Below are positions 36,126 through 48,025 of a stretch of 64,000 nucleotides of DNA, piece after piece. Source of the DNA: Octopus vulgaris (Eukaryota); the NCBI GenBank assembly GCA_951406725.2, contig OX597828.1, positions 13,392,001 to 13,456,000 on the forward strand. Direction: 5' to 3'. Numbering within the stretch: the stretch's first letter is position 1; each line of letters begins with the position of its first letter. The notes beneath the pieces are model-generated. The model saw only the letters and a list, made by a program, of their open reading frames with translations. It did not search any database and was not told the origin of the DNA. The position numbers and the translations under genes were made by a program.

Positions 36126-37168
36126 AGTAGCAGCAAAAGCAGTAGCCACACATTGATCATTCAAATTTCCATGCTTGCATATATTAACGCAGCTGTTCCC
36201 AACATTTTCATCACCAAGGACCCCTTTTTATTGAAATGGATTTCCCCCCATGGACCCCAAGCTTCAGAAATGTCAATCTGCTCAATAATCCAATTTTGCT
36301 AGTTCACAACACAAACTTGTTATCCTTGTTTCGTCACTCAGTTGAAATAAACCAACATCACCATTATCATCATCATATACATCATCATCGTTTAATGTCT
36401 ATTTCACCATGCTTGCATGAGTTAAACGGGATTTGGTTGAGGCAGATTTTCTAGAGCAGGATGCCTTTCCTGTTTCCAAACCTGGCCAGACTTGTTTTTC
36501 TTGGAAGACTAGAAATGATCAACTTTGCTAGCATAGGAATAATGCATGTTTGCAAAGCATCATGGGATATCTTTATATCTCTTTCTTTCTCTCTCTCTCT
36601 CTCTCTCACTATGGTGGCTGCCCCCTTGTTATCGAGTATGGCCATTGCACGAAGCTTAATCAATGTTATTATCGTGCAATGCCTGTGCAAGAAGATTTTT
36701 TTAAAGTGAGGAAAGGCTGTGCACTGAGTCAATCCCACTCACTAAGCAACAGCAGCCATAATCCGAAAAGAAGAACAAGTCAACATCATCGGTAACAACT
36801 AGGTTTTATGTCGGAGTTATCCCAGTTACCTGAGTTACCTTCTCTGAGAAGGATGCCCTAACAAAGGCTAGGAGTCCTTCACTCCCAATGGTTTAACCAC
36901 GCGATCGGGTATTCAGTCCGATTATTTCTATGTACCTGTGCATGATACAGCCTTAAGACATTTATTGGATGGCCGTTGACTCTCAAGAGTTGCTCCACCC
37001 TTTGACGGGTTTTGTTTTTCATCCCGCAGGGTGACCAATAAACACCCTCCTCACCAAGCAAACTTGGTGGGGTTGCCGGTTTAGTCGCTGACGACCCGAA
37101 CATGCAACGGGTTGTACTGGGTTACATGTTACCAGTAGCACTCGAAAGTGACCTGACATTACATACAT

Positions 37169-37229
<61 letters not shown>

Positions 37230-37324
37230 TACATACATACATACATACATAGGGTAAATCCCAGTTGTTTCCTCTTGAAGCACATCTGCTTATTTCATTA
37301 TTCTTTTCTACTCTAGGTACAAAG

Positions 37325-37545
37325 TCCAAATATTCTTTTCTACTCTAAGCACAAGGCCCGGAACCTTTAGGGAGGAGGCCAGTTGATTAGATCGACCCCA
37401 GTATGCAACTGGTACTTAATTTATCAACCCCGAAAGGATGAAAAGCAAAGTCAACTTTGGTGGAATTTGAGCTCAGAACATAAGAAAGACAAAATACGGC
37501 TAAGCATTTCACCCGGCATGCTAACATTTCTGCCAGCTCACCACC
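37325..37545 (-). mobile_element. SINE family C
   Basis: Reverse-complement copy. Confidence 0.75.
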
Positions 37546-37652
37546 TTTTGCTCATTCCATTATTCCAATCAATATGTGATCACAGTTGCTGTTGTATGTT
37601 AGTCAAAATACCTATTAAAATCGAGAATTATGGAAATATCATTTGCAGCTAT

Positions 37653-37918
37653 TAATGACCCGTACTTTGTTATGCAATCATGATATACAATAAAGTATAT
37701 CAAATGCTGTGTTCTACTGTGTTAGCAGTGCTATTACATCGCTTGTTAGTGTTATCTCTTCAGATTTTCTATAGATATTATAGCCAGCACTGATTTTGTT
37801 ATAATGTAATAGCACTGCTAACACAAGAGAACACAGTATTGATTTAGAAAAGTGTTTGATGGACTTTGTAGTATATTGTGGTTATGTAACAAAATGCAGT
37901 GTCCCTATAGGTCATTAG
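37653..37918. repeat. Old degenerate fold-back
   Basis: ctgtgttctactgtgttagcagtgctattacat / atgtaatagcactgctaacacaagagaacacag, plus weaker outer pairing. Confidence 0.7.
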
Positions 37919-38119
37919 TATTTACGTACCAGTTTCCAGGGATTTGTTTAATATGTAAATTTTGTGTATCTAGTAATGTTACAACGCTATATTTAGTGGC
38001 TATTTAAGCAATGAATTTGTAGATGGTTAATGGGTTGGATGGGTGCTGACGAAGGACCAAAAACACCTGAAATGTGGCATATACTACCTGTTATTCATTT
38101 TTCATTTTTGTTGTTTAAA

Positions 38120-38880
38120 TTAGGCATCCAAGCTTGAGCGTTGCCAGAGCGGCTATCTGGCCTCCGTGCCTGTGGCACGTAAAAGACACCATTTGAGCGT
38201 GATCGTTACCAGCATCGCCTTACTGGCACCTGTGCCGGTGACATGTGTAAAAGATTTGAGCGAGGTCGTTGCCAGTACCGCCTGACTGGCCCTGTGCTGG
38301 TAGCATGTAAAAAGCACCCACTACACCCTCGGAGTGGTTGGCTTTAGGAAGGGCATCCAGCTGTAGAAACTCTGCCAGATCAAGATTGAAGCCTGGTGCA
38401 GCCATCTGGTTCGCCAGCCCTCAGTCAAAATCGTCCAACCCATGCTAGCATGGAAAGCGGACATTAAATGATGATGATGATCTCAGATATGAAATCATCA
38501 TTATCGTTTAACGTCCGCTTTCCATGCTAGCATTGGTTGGACGGCTCAACTGGGGTCTGGGAAGCCCGAAGGCTGCACCAGGCCAGTCAGATCTGGCAGT
38601 GTTTCTACAGCTGGATGCCCTTCCTAACGCCAACCACTCCGAGAGTGTAGTGGGTGATTTTATGCACCACCGACACAGGTGCCAGACGAGGCTGGCGAAC
38701 GGCCACGCTCGGATGGTGTTTTTTATGTGCCACCGACACATGTGCCAGACGAGGCTGGCGAACGGCCATGCTCGGATGGTGTTTTTTTTTTTATTTGTGC
38801 CACCGACACAGGTGCCAGATGAGGCTGGCGAACGGCCACGATCGCCAGCCTCATCTGGCACCTGTGTCGGTGGCACAAAT
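38120..38880. mobile_element. Two family D copies tail-to-tail (38120-38480 +, 38500-38880 -)
   Basis: gatgatgat and catcatt tails face each other at about 38470-38505. Confidence 0.85.
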
Positions 38881-38980
38881 ATCATAACAAAATAGGTAGT
38901 GGCTATAATTTCTATTGGAAATCTATAGAGATAACCTTAAGTGATAATTTGCAGAATTATCGTATAAAAAACATAGATAA

Positions 38981-39409
38981 CTCTTTTATTCTTTTATTTG
39001 TTTCAGTCATGTGACTGTGGCCATCCTGGAGCACTGCCTTTAGTCGAGCAAATCAAACACAGCACTTATTCTTTGTAAGCCTAGCACTCATTCTATTGGT
39101 CTCTTTTGCCGAACCGCTAAGTTACGGGGACGTAAACACACCAGCATCAGTTGCCAAGCAATATTGGGGGGACAAACACAGACACACAAACGTATACACA
39201 CACACACACACACATACATATATATTTATATATATACATATATACGACGGGCTTCTTTTAGTTTCTGTGTACCAAATCCACTAACAAGGCTTTGGTCGGC
39301 CTGAGGCTATAGTGGAAGACACTTGCCCAAGGTGCCACACAGTGGGACTGAACCTGGAACCATGTGGTTGGTAAGCAAATTACTTACCACACAGCCACTC
39401 CTACGCCTA
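38981..39409 (-). mobile_element. SINE family A
   Basis: Full-length reverse copy. Confidence 0.9.
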
Positions 39410-39702
39410 GGTAAGTGGAAATTTTTTTTCCCATTACACGTGTTTCATTTGCTAATAGCAAATGAAATACATGTAATGGAGAATAAATAATACCAAAAGA
39501 TTTCCACTTGCTTGTTTTGTTATATGTATATATCTATGCCAGGCTTCTTTCAGTTTCAGTTCCTCTTACAAGGCTTTGATTGGTCTGAAGCTATAGTAAA
39601 GGCTGAAATGGCATGAATTCTAAATCTGGGCTTTATGCTTTTGATTCTTCAAACAAGTGAAGAAAATTCGAAAATGTCTGTAAACACATCAAAATATGAT
39701 TG

Positions 39703-40078
39703 ACTAGCAGTATCGCCCGGCGTTGCTCAGGTTTGTAAGGGAAATAACTATAAAGCATTTTTAGAGAGTTATAGCCAAAAAATAGAAAAAAAATGATGGT
39801 AAATTTTTTTTCAGAGTTAAAAAAGGTGGAGTTGCGTCCCCTAGACGGTCTGTGGTTTGGGTTTCTGATTCTCGACCCCATGTCGAATTTATCGATTTTT
39901 TTCAGAACTGGGGGAACTTTTCAAAATTTTCGCTGCGTTAGTTTTGAATTATGATATTGGGCTATGTGTGTGTCAAGTTTCATCAGAATCGGTTGAAAGC
40001 CGTGGTCAGAGTGAGGGTACGAGAAAACAGACACACAGAAACACGCACAGACAAACTGCCGTTTATATAGAGAGAGAT
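39703..40078 (+). mobile_element. Helentron-associated (HINE/DINE-like) non-autonomous element
   Basis: Starts actagcagtatcgcccggcgttgctc, ends caagtttcatcagaatcgg...acagacaaactgccgtttatatagagagagat. Confidence 0.6.
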
Positions 40079-40989
40079 TTACAGTACATCAAGATTTGAT
40101 TTGCCCCAAACTGAAAAAAATAGAATTTCACATTTTTATTTGTTCATTACCAAATACAGAATCCTGTGATATTTTCTTCTATACACATGTGAAAACAAGC
40201 GATCTATTCTTTTTTTAGTATTACATGTAAACAAAAGTACATGAATTTAGAAGCAAAACAATCAACTAACAACTTAAAAGTAAATGATAGAGTAGAATCT
40301 TTAGTGTTACCTGAACCATAAAAGTACATTTAAAGGTTGTAATGATAATTATCTTGCTAATATTAAATGCAGATTTATAATTCTAGCCAACTGTGAAATA
40401 GACTGTGTAACTAAAGATATTTTAGATTCCATAATTTTTAACATTAAACAGTTCACTTCTCTGCCATTATAGAATAATTGTCATTAAGTGGTTCAGTAAA
40501 AGAGAGAACAGATACCTTAGTAAATGTCTACAGTATGCCATAGTAGAGTTCTATTCCTTTATAATGAAATTCTTTCCTGAAAAAGCTTGATAATTCAGTA
40601 GAGGTTTTATTCCAATTCATGGTTCTGTCATTAATTTTTATAATACACACTGTAAAGTCTTTACTATTTTTATGGTAATTTAGGGGGTGGGGGCTAAATA
40701 TAGTGACCAGGTTTGTTTGTTTGTAGTCCTGGAACAGTGCAATAATTGAAGTTTGTTGTGAACAAATAGATTTATATATTTCAGACTTAATTTGGAAAAG
40801 ATCCTAATTTGCAGAGTTCAGTCTTTACTAGGATGAAGAACTATTTATTTTATGAAGAATCGATTGAGGTGCTAGGAAAGGGAAATAGTCAATTTTTTTT
40901 AGATATAACTGTACATTTAGTAATAAGTAAATACTACCCTTATCTGAAGTCTAATAACACTTTATTTCCAACAAAGAACTGCATGCATC

Positions 40990-41340
40990 TGCTCGCCACC
41001 TCTCACCTTGTAGATATCCGTTATATGCACTGGTACAGACATGTCCTCCATCTCCCACCAGATTATTCTACCAGGGTCTTACTTTCATTCAATGTAGCAG
41101 CTGTGGGGCTGGAAGAGGCCTCATGGCCTGCTCCACACCAAATGGCTGAACGTGGTTGGGGAAGATCTCCAGAGGCTCAACATCACCTTGGAGGATGCAG
41201 AGGAGCTAGCATGGGGCTACCAGCAATGAAGAGCACTGATAGACCTGGTCAGCTCTACCACAAGATAACTCCAGGATCACTAATCAGGGATTACCTCAAC
41301 CCCATTAAGCAAGAGCACGAGAAGCAAGCAACATTGCTTC
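40990..41340 (+). mobile_element. RTE-like LINE 3' remnant
   Basis: RYMHWYRHVLHLP resembles the RLRWFGHVLR motif at RTE ORF ends. Confidence 0.45.
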
Positions 41341-41344
41341 CGTT

Positions 41345-41720
41345 GACTTTGTTGTTGTAGTTGCTGTTGCTGTTGAGCATAGCAGTCTTTGTCCAGTGGG
41401 AGAAGTCCGAAACGTGGTCCTTTGCTATTCGTAAGACCTGCAGAAGAGAAAGCAGGTCAACCCCCGACACCGAGAGCATCGACGGATGGATTTATGTGCA
41501 TCCAGGCTCAGCGGTTGCATAGGAAGTCAGGGACAAGAAACAGGAAGAAAGAGTGAGAGGAAGTTGGGGCGAAAGAGTACAACAGGGGTCACCACCACCC
41601 CCTGCTGGAGCCTTGTGGAACTTTAGGTGTTTTCGCTCAATAAACACACACAACGCCCAGTCTGGGAATCGAAACCTCGATCCTCTGACCGCGAGTCCAC
41701 TGCCCTAACCATTGGGCCTC
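41345..41720 (-). mobile_element. tRNA-derived SINE family E
   Basis: Minus-strand head ggcccaatggttagggcagtggactcgcggtc...ggtttcgattcccagac; (caa)n-like tail; partial copy at 45780-45940(+). Confidence 0.8.
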
Positions 41721-42536
41721 CACTGTAGTTGCTGTTGTTGCCTTCTCTTTTATTCTCTTGATTCAACCATTGTGATTTTTACTGTCTTTTGCTTGTGTTC
41801 TATACATTAGTCAACTGTTTATTTATATATAAAGATGTTAATTTTTATATGCCTTACTGTAACGGAGTATGCATAACAGTCAACATGTTCTCCCCCCCCA
41901 CTAAGTAAAGACAATGTATTGCTTTGAATAAGTAGCATTTAGTCAGCATCAGATTGTGTGTCGGCAGACCTGCGGACAAACATACATGTGTGTTTGTGGG
42001 GGGCGAGGGGGAAGATTTGTTGAAAATCTATTGGTTGCCAGCTTATTGACCTGGAAGATATATTCCTTGGTCAAAAGACAAAGCTGAACAATAAACATAT
42101 CAATGAAAATTTGGAATATTTGTCAAGATATTAATACCTCCCCCTGACAAAAAAAAAAAAAAAAATAGATCTCTATAAAAATAATGCAATGATTTACTGA
42201 TATTTAAATAAACTTTCATGATTTTTTAAAATCCTAATATTTAGAAATTGTTAATATAGAAATCAGAATTAAGAGATTATATAAAATCTGTAATCTAACA
42301 TTGGGTTGAAGAATTCATTTGCAATATCAATAAAATATAAACACTCATATTATGAAAGGATATACTGGATACACAGAAATTAATTGAGGTCAACTACTTA
42401 AATATTGGTCAAGTGCTTATGTCCACTGAATTGGTCTGGTCATGTGCCTATGTTAGAAATAGTTATTACGAGGGTAATAGTTGGTGTGGCAATAAATTCA
42501 CAGAGCAAGGATTTAACAAAATAGTCTGCAGCCAAT

Positions 42537-43191
42537 ACTCTTTTACTTGTTTCAGTCATTTGACTGCGGCCATGCTGGAGCACCGCCTTTAGTCGAGCAA
42601 ATTGACCTCAGGCTTTGTTCTTTGTAAGCCTAGTACTTATTCTATCGGTCTCTTTTATCAAACCGCTAAGTTACAGGGATGTAAACACACCAGCATCAGT
42701 TGTCAAATGATGTTGGGGGGACAAACACAGACACACAAACATATACACACACATACATACATACATATATATATGTGTGTGTGTGTATATATATATGTAT
42801 ATATATATGTATATATATAGCAATTAAGGACAACTTCTTAATAAGGAAAACTTAACAAGAAATTATCGGGTAGATAGCGTGAAAAACCTCATAAAAGAAA
42901 AAATTTCGAAAATAATTCTTTCTTATTGAACATATTAATTTATATATAGAGGGCATTATTATACATACATGCCACATGCTAAGAGGGACAAAATTAGTCA
43001 TTTCTACCAAAAATTTTACTAATCCCACCGAATGCAATTTTTCAAAGTAAGACATTTAAAAATATTTTTAAATGTCTTACTTTGAAAAATTGCATTCGGT
43101 GGGATTAGTAAAATTTTTGGTAGAAATGACTAATTTTGTCCCTCTTAGCGTGTGGCATGTATGTATAATAATGCCCTCTATATATAAATTA

Positions 43192-43241
<50 letters not shown>

Positions 43242-43410
43242 GCATATATACAATGGGCTTCTTTCAGTTTCCGTCTACCAAATCCACTCACAAAGCTTTG
43301 GTCAGCCCGAGGGTATAATAGAAGACACTTGCCCGAGGTGCCACGCAGTGGGACTGAACCCGGAACCATGTGGTTGGTAAGCAAGTTACTTACCACACAG
43401 CCACTCCTGC
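42537..43410 (-). mobile_element. SINE family A split at its (TA)n tract by a 380-bp insertion
   Basis: SINE 3' half 42537-42760 and 5' half 43250-43410 flank the insert. Confidence 0.85.
42930..43197. repeat. 268-bp spacerless palindrome
   Basis: Centre ...catttaaaaat|atttttaaatg... at 43063/43064; one visible mismatch. Confidence 0.97.
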
Positions 43411-44580
43411 ACCAATAAGTTGTATTTCTTTAGCTTCTGTAACTAAATCCCACTGCAGTCAGCTTTGCTTGTCATCTTCTTCACAGGTTGATAAAATAAG
43501 AGTAGATTTCACTGACTTTATTGCACTTTCAAAGTCTGTGGCCATGTGCTTATTTTTGAAAGCCTTCCCCCCACGTAATGGTTATAGCTATTACATGGGA
43601 GATAACCATTTCATCACGATATGAAGCAGGATTTGAAATTTGAAATTGAAATTAAGGAATTATAAGGAAAAAAAATTAACTAGAATTCACTTATTTTAAC
43701 TTTTTTCGTTGGCAATTGTAGGACTATTTCATTCTTTTTAGAAATCACTAGCATGACACAACTTGTGACTTATTAAACATTTTATGAAGTGCGATATTTC
43801 ATTTCCAGGGAATTCTACCTTCTGAAAATGTCTTATAGTAGCTTTAGCTTACAAACAACTTCACAAGCCATTTTCCAATATATTCTTCGAGGTGTAGACA
43901 TTTGTTTCAGACTGTTATATTTTTAGTAGTATTCCTTCGCTCATGTAGTGACATGCATATCTATTCAAAGACACATATGCCTTGACCATCATTAACACTT
44001 TAAAATCAATTTTCACTTTTTTTTTTTGTTGTTATTGTTACTATTGAAGGAATTAAAAGAACCAAATTTTTATTGTGTTTGATGCTATACATAATGAAAA
44101 TACATACACATATATACCCAGAAAATAATTGAAAAATATATTTCATTTAAAAAATAAATTGCTTTTACCATTTTAAAATTACAGTAAGTTACTTTTTAAA
44201 TAAAATTAGAAGGAATTAAATTTCAGTGTATTTCATATTTCTGTTGGAAAGAAGAAAGAAAAAATAGGATAGAATAAAAGAAAGACAAAACCTATTGCTT
44301 GGAAATAAATTGAAACTACATTTAACTTTAAAAAATAATTTGTTCTTGTCATTTAAAGGAAAAGTGAGCATTAAGTTTTACTTTCTATTTTTCTATAAAT
44401 ATGTATTTCTGCAAATAACTGTTTCTGAGAATAGTTTCCATTCAATCTGTCTTTCGATATGTTTGTTTTTGGTTGTCTGTCTTTTGGCCTGTATGCTTTT
44501 AGCAGTTGTGGTTTTGATGAATGTGCTGTATCGAAAGGCTTGAGAGGGGATTTAGCAGATGGAAACTAAAAGAAGCCTGT

Positions 44581-44629
<49 letters not shown>

Positions 44630-45113
44630 TTGTTTTGACATCATGCAATAGTTGTAATTGAGCACCACTGTCATACAAGCAGTGTTGTATGTTCCTACTC
44701 TTCCACGAAAACATGTCCAGCGATGGGGAAATATATTTCCTTACTTGGAAACAGGTAAGAGTTGATGACAGGAAGGGCATCCAGCTGTTGAGAATCTACC
44801 TCAGCATGCTCCATCTGACCCATGCAAACATGGAAAAATGGATGTTAAAATGACGAAGATGACAATGGTGATGATGAGTAAAGGTAACATCAGCTGTAGT
44901 TGAGCTGTAAACAATGGCTTCACAATCAACAGTTCAGCATACTTTGTAAGCATTCATATAGACACAGGCACACACAAACACGCACACACACACACATGCG
45001 CACGCACACACACACAGAGGGTGGATTCACCTGTTGTAGATGACTGATAAGGTTTCCACAATTTCTTGCTGAACAACCTGCACAGATGATTTGTTTATTG
45101 TGATAAAATGTTT

Positions 45114-45496
45114 AGGAGTGGCTGTGTGGTAAGTAGCTTGCTTACCAACTACATGGTTCCAGGTTCAGTCCCACTGCGTAGCACCTTGGGCAAGTGTCTT
45201 CTACTATAGCCTCGAGCTGACCAAACCCTTGTGAGTGGATTTGGTAGACAGAAACTGAAAGAAGCCTGTCGTATATATATATATATATATGTGTGTGTAT
45301 GTTTGTGTTTGTCCCCCCAACATCGCTTGACAACCAATGCTGGTGTGTTTATATCCCTGTAACTTAGCAATTTGGCAAAAGAGGCCAATAGAATAAGTAC
45401 TAGGCTTACAAAGAATGAATCCTGGGGTTGATTTGTTTGACTAAAGGCAGTGCTCCAGCATGGCCACAGTCACATGATTGAAACAAGTAAAAGAGA
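45114..45496 (+). mobile_element. SINE family A
   Basis: Full-length copy. Confidence 0.9.
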
Positions 45497-46009
45497 GTAT
45501 GCTGTACATTAAGCTCACTCTGTCCATCAAATCAACATTGACAGGTGCGCAGTGTACCAGCATCAGATTTTGAAGTGATGAAGCGTGTCACTCATGGTTG
45601 TACAATCAAAATTACAGGTAATTTTGATTGTACAACTATGAGTGACACTCTAACCCAGTGTTTCTTAACCTTTTTACCCTTGCGTAACCCTTAAAATATA
45701 TTACATGTCTGAAGGAACTCCTGCTCAAAAAGAAAATTACGTACCATATCTTTCTCATATTTTTTCATTGTATTTTTTCAATGGCCCAGTGGTTAGGGCA
45801 GCGGACTTGCGGTCGGAGGATCTCGGTTTCGATTCCCAGACCGGGCGTTGTGTGTGTTTATTGAGCGAAAACACCTAAAAAGCTCCACGAGGCTCCGGCA
45901 GGGGATGGTGGTGATCCCTGCTGTACTCTTTCACCACTCTAAAGGCGGTGCTCCAGCATGGCCGCAGTCAAATGACTGAAACAAGTACAAAAAAAAAAAA
46001 AAATATATA

Positions 46010-46378
46010 GGTGCAGGAGTGGCTGTGTGGTAAGTAGCTTGTTTACCAACCACATGGCTCCGGGTTCAGTCCCACTGCGTGGCACTTTGGGAAAGTGTCT
46101 TCTACTATAGCCTCGGGCCGACCAAAGCCTTGTGAGTGGATTTGGTAGACGGAAACTGAAAGAAGCCCGTCATATATATGTATATATATATGTGTGTTTG
46201 TCCCCCTAGTATTGCTTGACAACCGATGCTGGTGTGTTTACGTCCCCGTCACTTAGCGGTTCGGCAAAAGAGACCGATAGAATAAGTACTGGGCTTACAA
46301 AGAATAAGTCCCGGGGTCGAGTTGCTTGATTAAAGGCGGTGCTCCAGCATGGCCGCAGTCAAATGACAAACAAGTAAA
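46010..46378 (+). mobile_element. SINE family A (young copy, nested)
   Basis: Close to consensus with CpGs retained. Confidence 0.9.
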
Positions 46379-46541
46379 GAAAAAAAATATATATATTTAC
46401 CATATGAAGTACAATGAAAAAATATGAGAAAGATATGGTATCTAATTTAATAATTTAGGATGAAGCTTTTTTAAAGGAAAAAAATTCCATCAAAAAATGT
46501 GGCAGCATATTAAAATACCTTTAAGGTTAAAATTATAAACT

Positions 46542-46686
46542 ACTTATAAATAAGGCCTAAAGAAAATTATTTCTATGCCAATATACTGATAACAGACTTT
46601 TTAATCGTCGATTTAATTGACGATTAAAATGTCTGTTATCAGCATATTGGCATAGAAATAATTTTCTTTAGCCCTTATTTATAAGT
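46542..46686. repeat. 145-bp palindrome
   Basis: acttataaataaggcctaaagaaaattatttctatgccaatat... mirrored about 46614. Confidence 0.92.
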
Positions 46687-46747
46687 TGTGTATATATATT
46701 GTTATATTTCGGAATGGTCATATTGCCAGGTTAGCAAATATTTAGAC

Positions 46748-46788
<41 letters not shown>

Positions 46789-47122
46789 GTCCATAAATTA
46801 GACATCACTCAGTATATGCCCAATGGTTGTTATATTATTTTGATAACATAATAGGTTAGATAGGATGATGTCTGTATTGCAATATTACGATCATGAAATT
46901 CGCATTAGCTTTCTCGCAGGACCTCTAGGAACCTTTTGCAGAACCCTTGGGTTCCGGGGAACCCCACTTGAGAAACGCTGCTCTAACCCATAAGCCATGT
47001 CCCTTCACATATGTGTGTGTGTGTGTGTATGTATGTGTGTGTACACAGAAGGATGACCTCAGGACACTGAACCTTTCAGAGACGATGACAAAGGACCAAG
47101 ATATTATTTTTTTAATCATATA

Positions 47123-47346
47123 CTCTTTTATGTTTTGCTTGTTTCAGTCATTACACTGTGGCCATGCTGGAGCACTGCCTTGAAGACTTTTTAGTTGATT
47201 GAATCAACCCCAGTTCTTAATGTTTCTTTTCTTTTATCTTTTTTTTAAGCCTCATACTTATTCTATCAGTCTTTTTTGTCAAACTGTTAAGTTATGGGGA
47301 CAAAAAAATACACCAACACTGGTTGCCAAGTAGTGGTAGGAGACAA

Positions 47347-47383
<37 letters not shown>

Positions 47384-47558
47384 TATGATCGGCTTCTTTC
47401 AGTTTCCGTCTACCAAATCCACTCACACAGCTTTTGTTGGCCTAAATCCACACACAAGGCTTTTGTTGGCCACTTGCTCAAGGTGCCATGCAGTGGGACT
47501 GAACCAGGGACCATATGGTTGGGAAGCAAGCTTCTTACCACATAGCTATGCTTGTACC
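47123..47558 (-). mobile_element. SINE family A
   Basis: Reverse copy with a small internal duplication. Confidence 0.8.
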
Positions 47559-47839
47559 TATATATTATATATTATTTTAGTAGAATCTGCTTTTGTACAT
47601 AACTGACTGTGAGGACATTCTCACTATGTACAAAGAAAAAAATACATTAGAATTATTTACTGTTGCTTTCTCCAGATTAACATATATATATATACTAATT
47701 GGTGTACCCGTAATTCCTGGGGATAAATCTGTTCTATTTAAATGCCTTATTACACTGATATAAAAAAAGCAATTTTGTTATAACTGCCACAGAAGATGTA
47801 TTTTCCATCGCGGAAAAGTACATAAAAAACTATCAGCTG

Positions 47840-48025
47840 GAGGAGGGAGAGATTGTCAGAGGTTGGCAAGAGAGGTTGTTGGAGGTTGGTGAGAGAGACT
47901 ATCAGAGGCTGGTGAGAGAGATTGTCAGAGGTTGTCGAAAGAGATTGTTGGATGTTGGCGAGAGAGGTTTGTGGAGGTTGGAGAGAGAAGTTGTTGGAGG
48001 TTGGCAAGAGAAGTTGTTGAAGGGA
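47840..48025. repeat. Degenerate G/A-rich minisatellite
   Basis: Repeated gagagattgtcagaggttg / gagaggttgttggaggttgg units. Confidence 0.7.

Larger units (their letters stand above)
45656..46980. mobile_element. hAT/Charlie-like non-autonomous element with perfect 8-bp TSD, containing nested SINEs and hairpins
   Basis: TSD ctctaacc at 45648-55 and 46981-88; TIR cagtgtttcttaa / ttgagaaacgctg. Confidence 0.85.

Noticed and set aside
35449-36302. M/I/H/T-rich ORFs
   Set aside because: Translations of a degenerate (CAT)n array on both strands.
42852-43380. Duplicated MSYFEKLHSV ORFs
   Set aside because: Artefact of the 268-bp palindrome.
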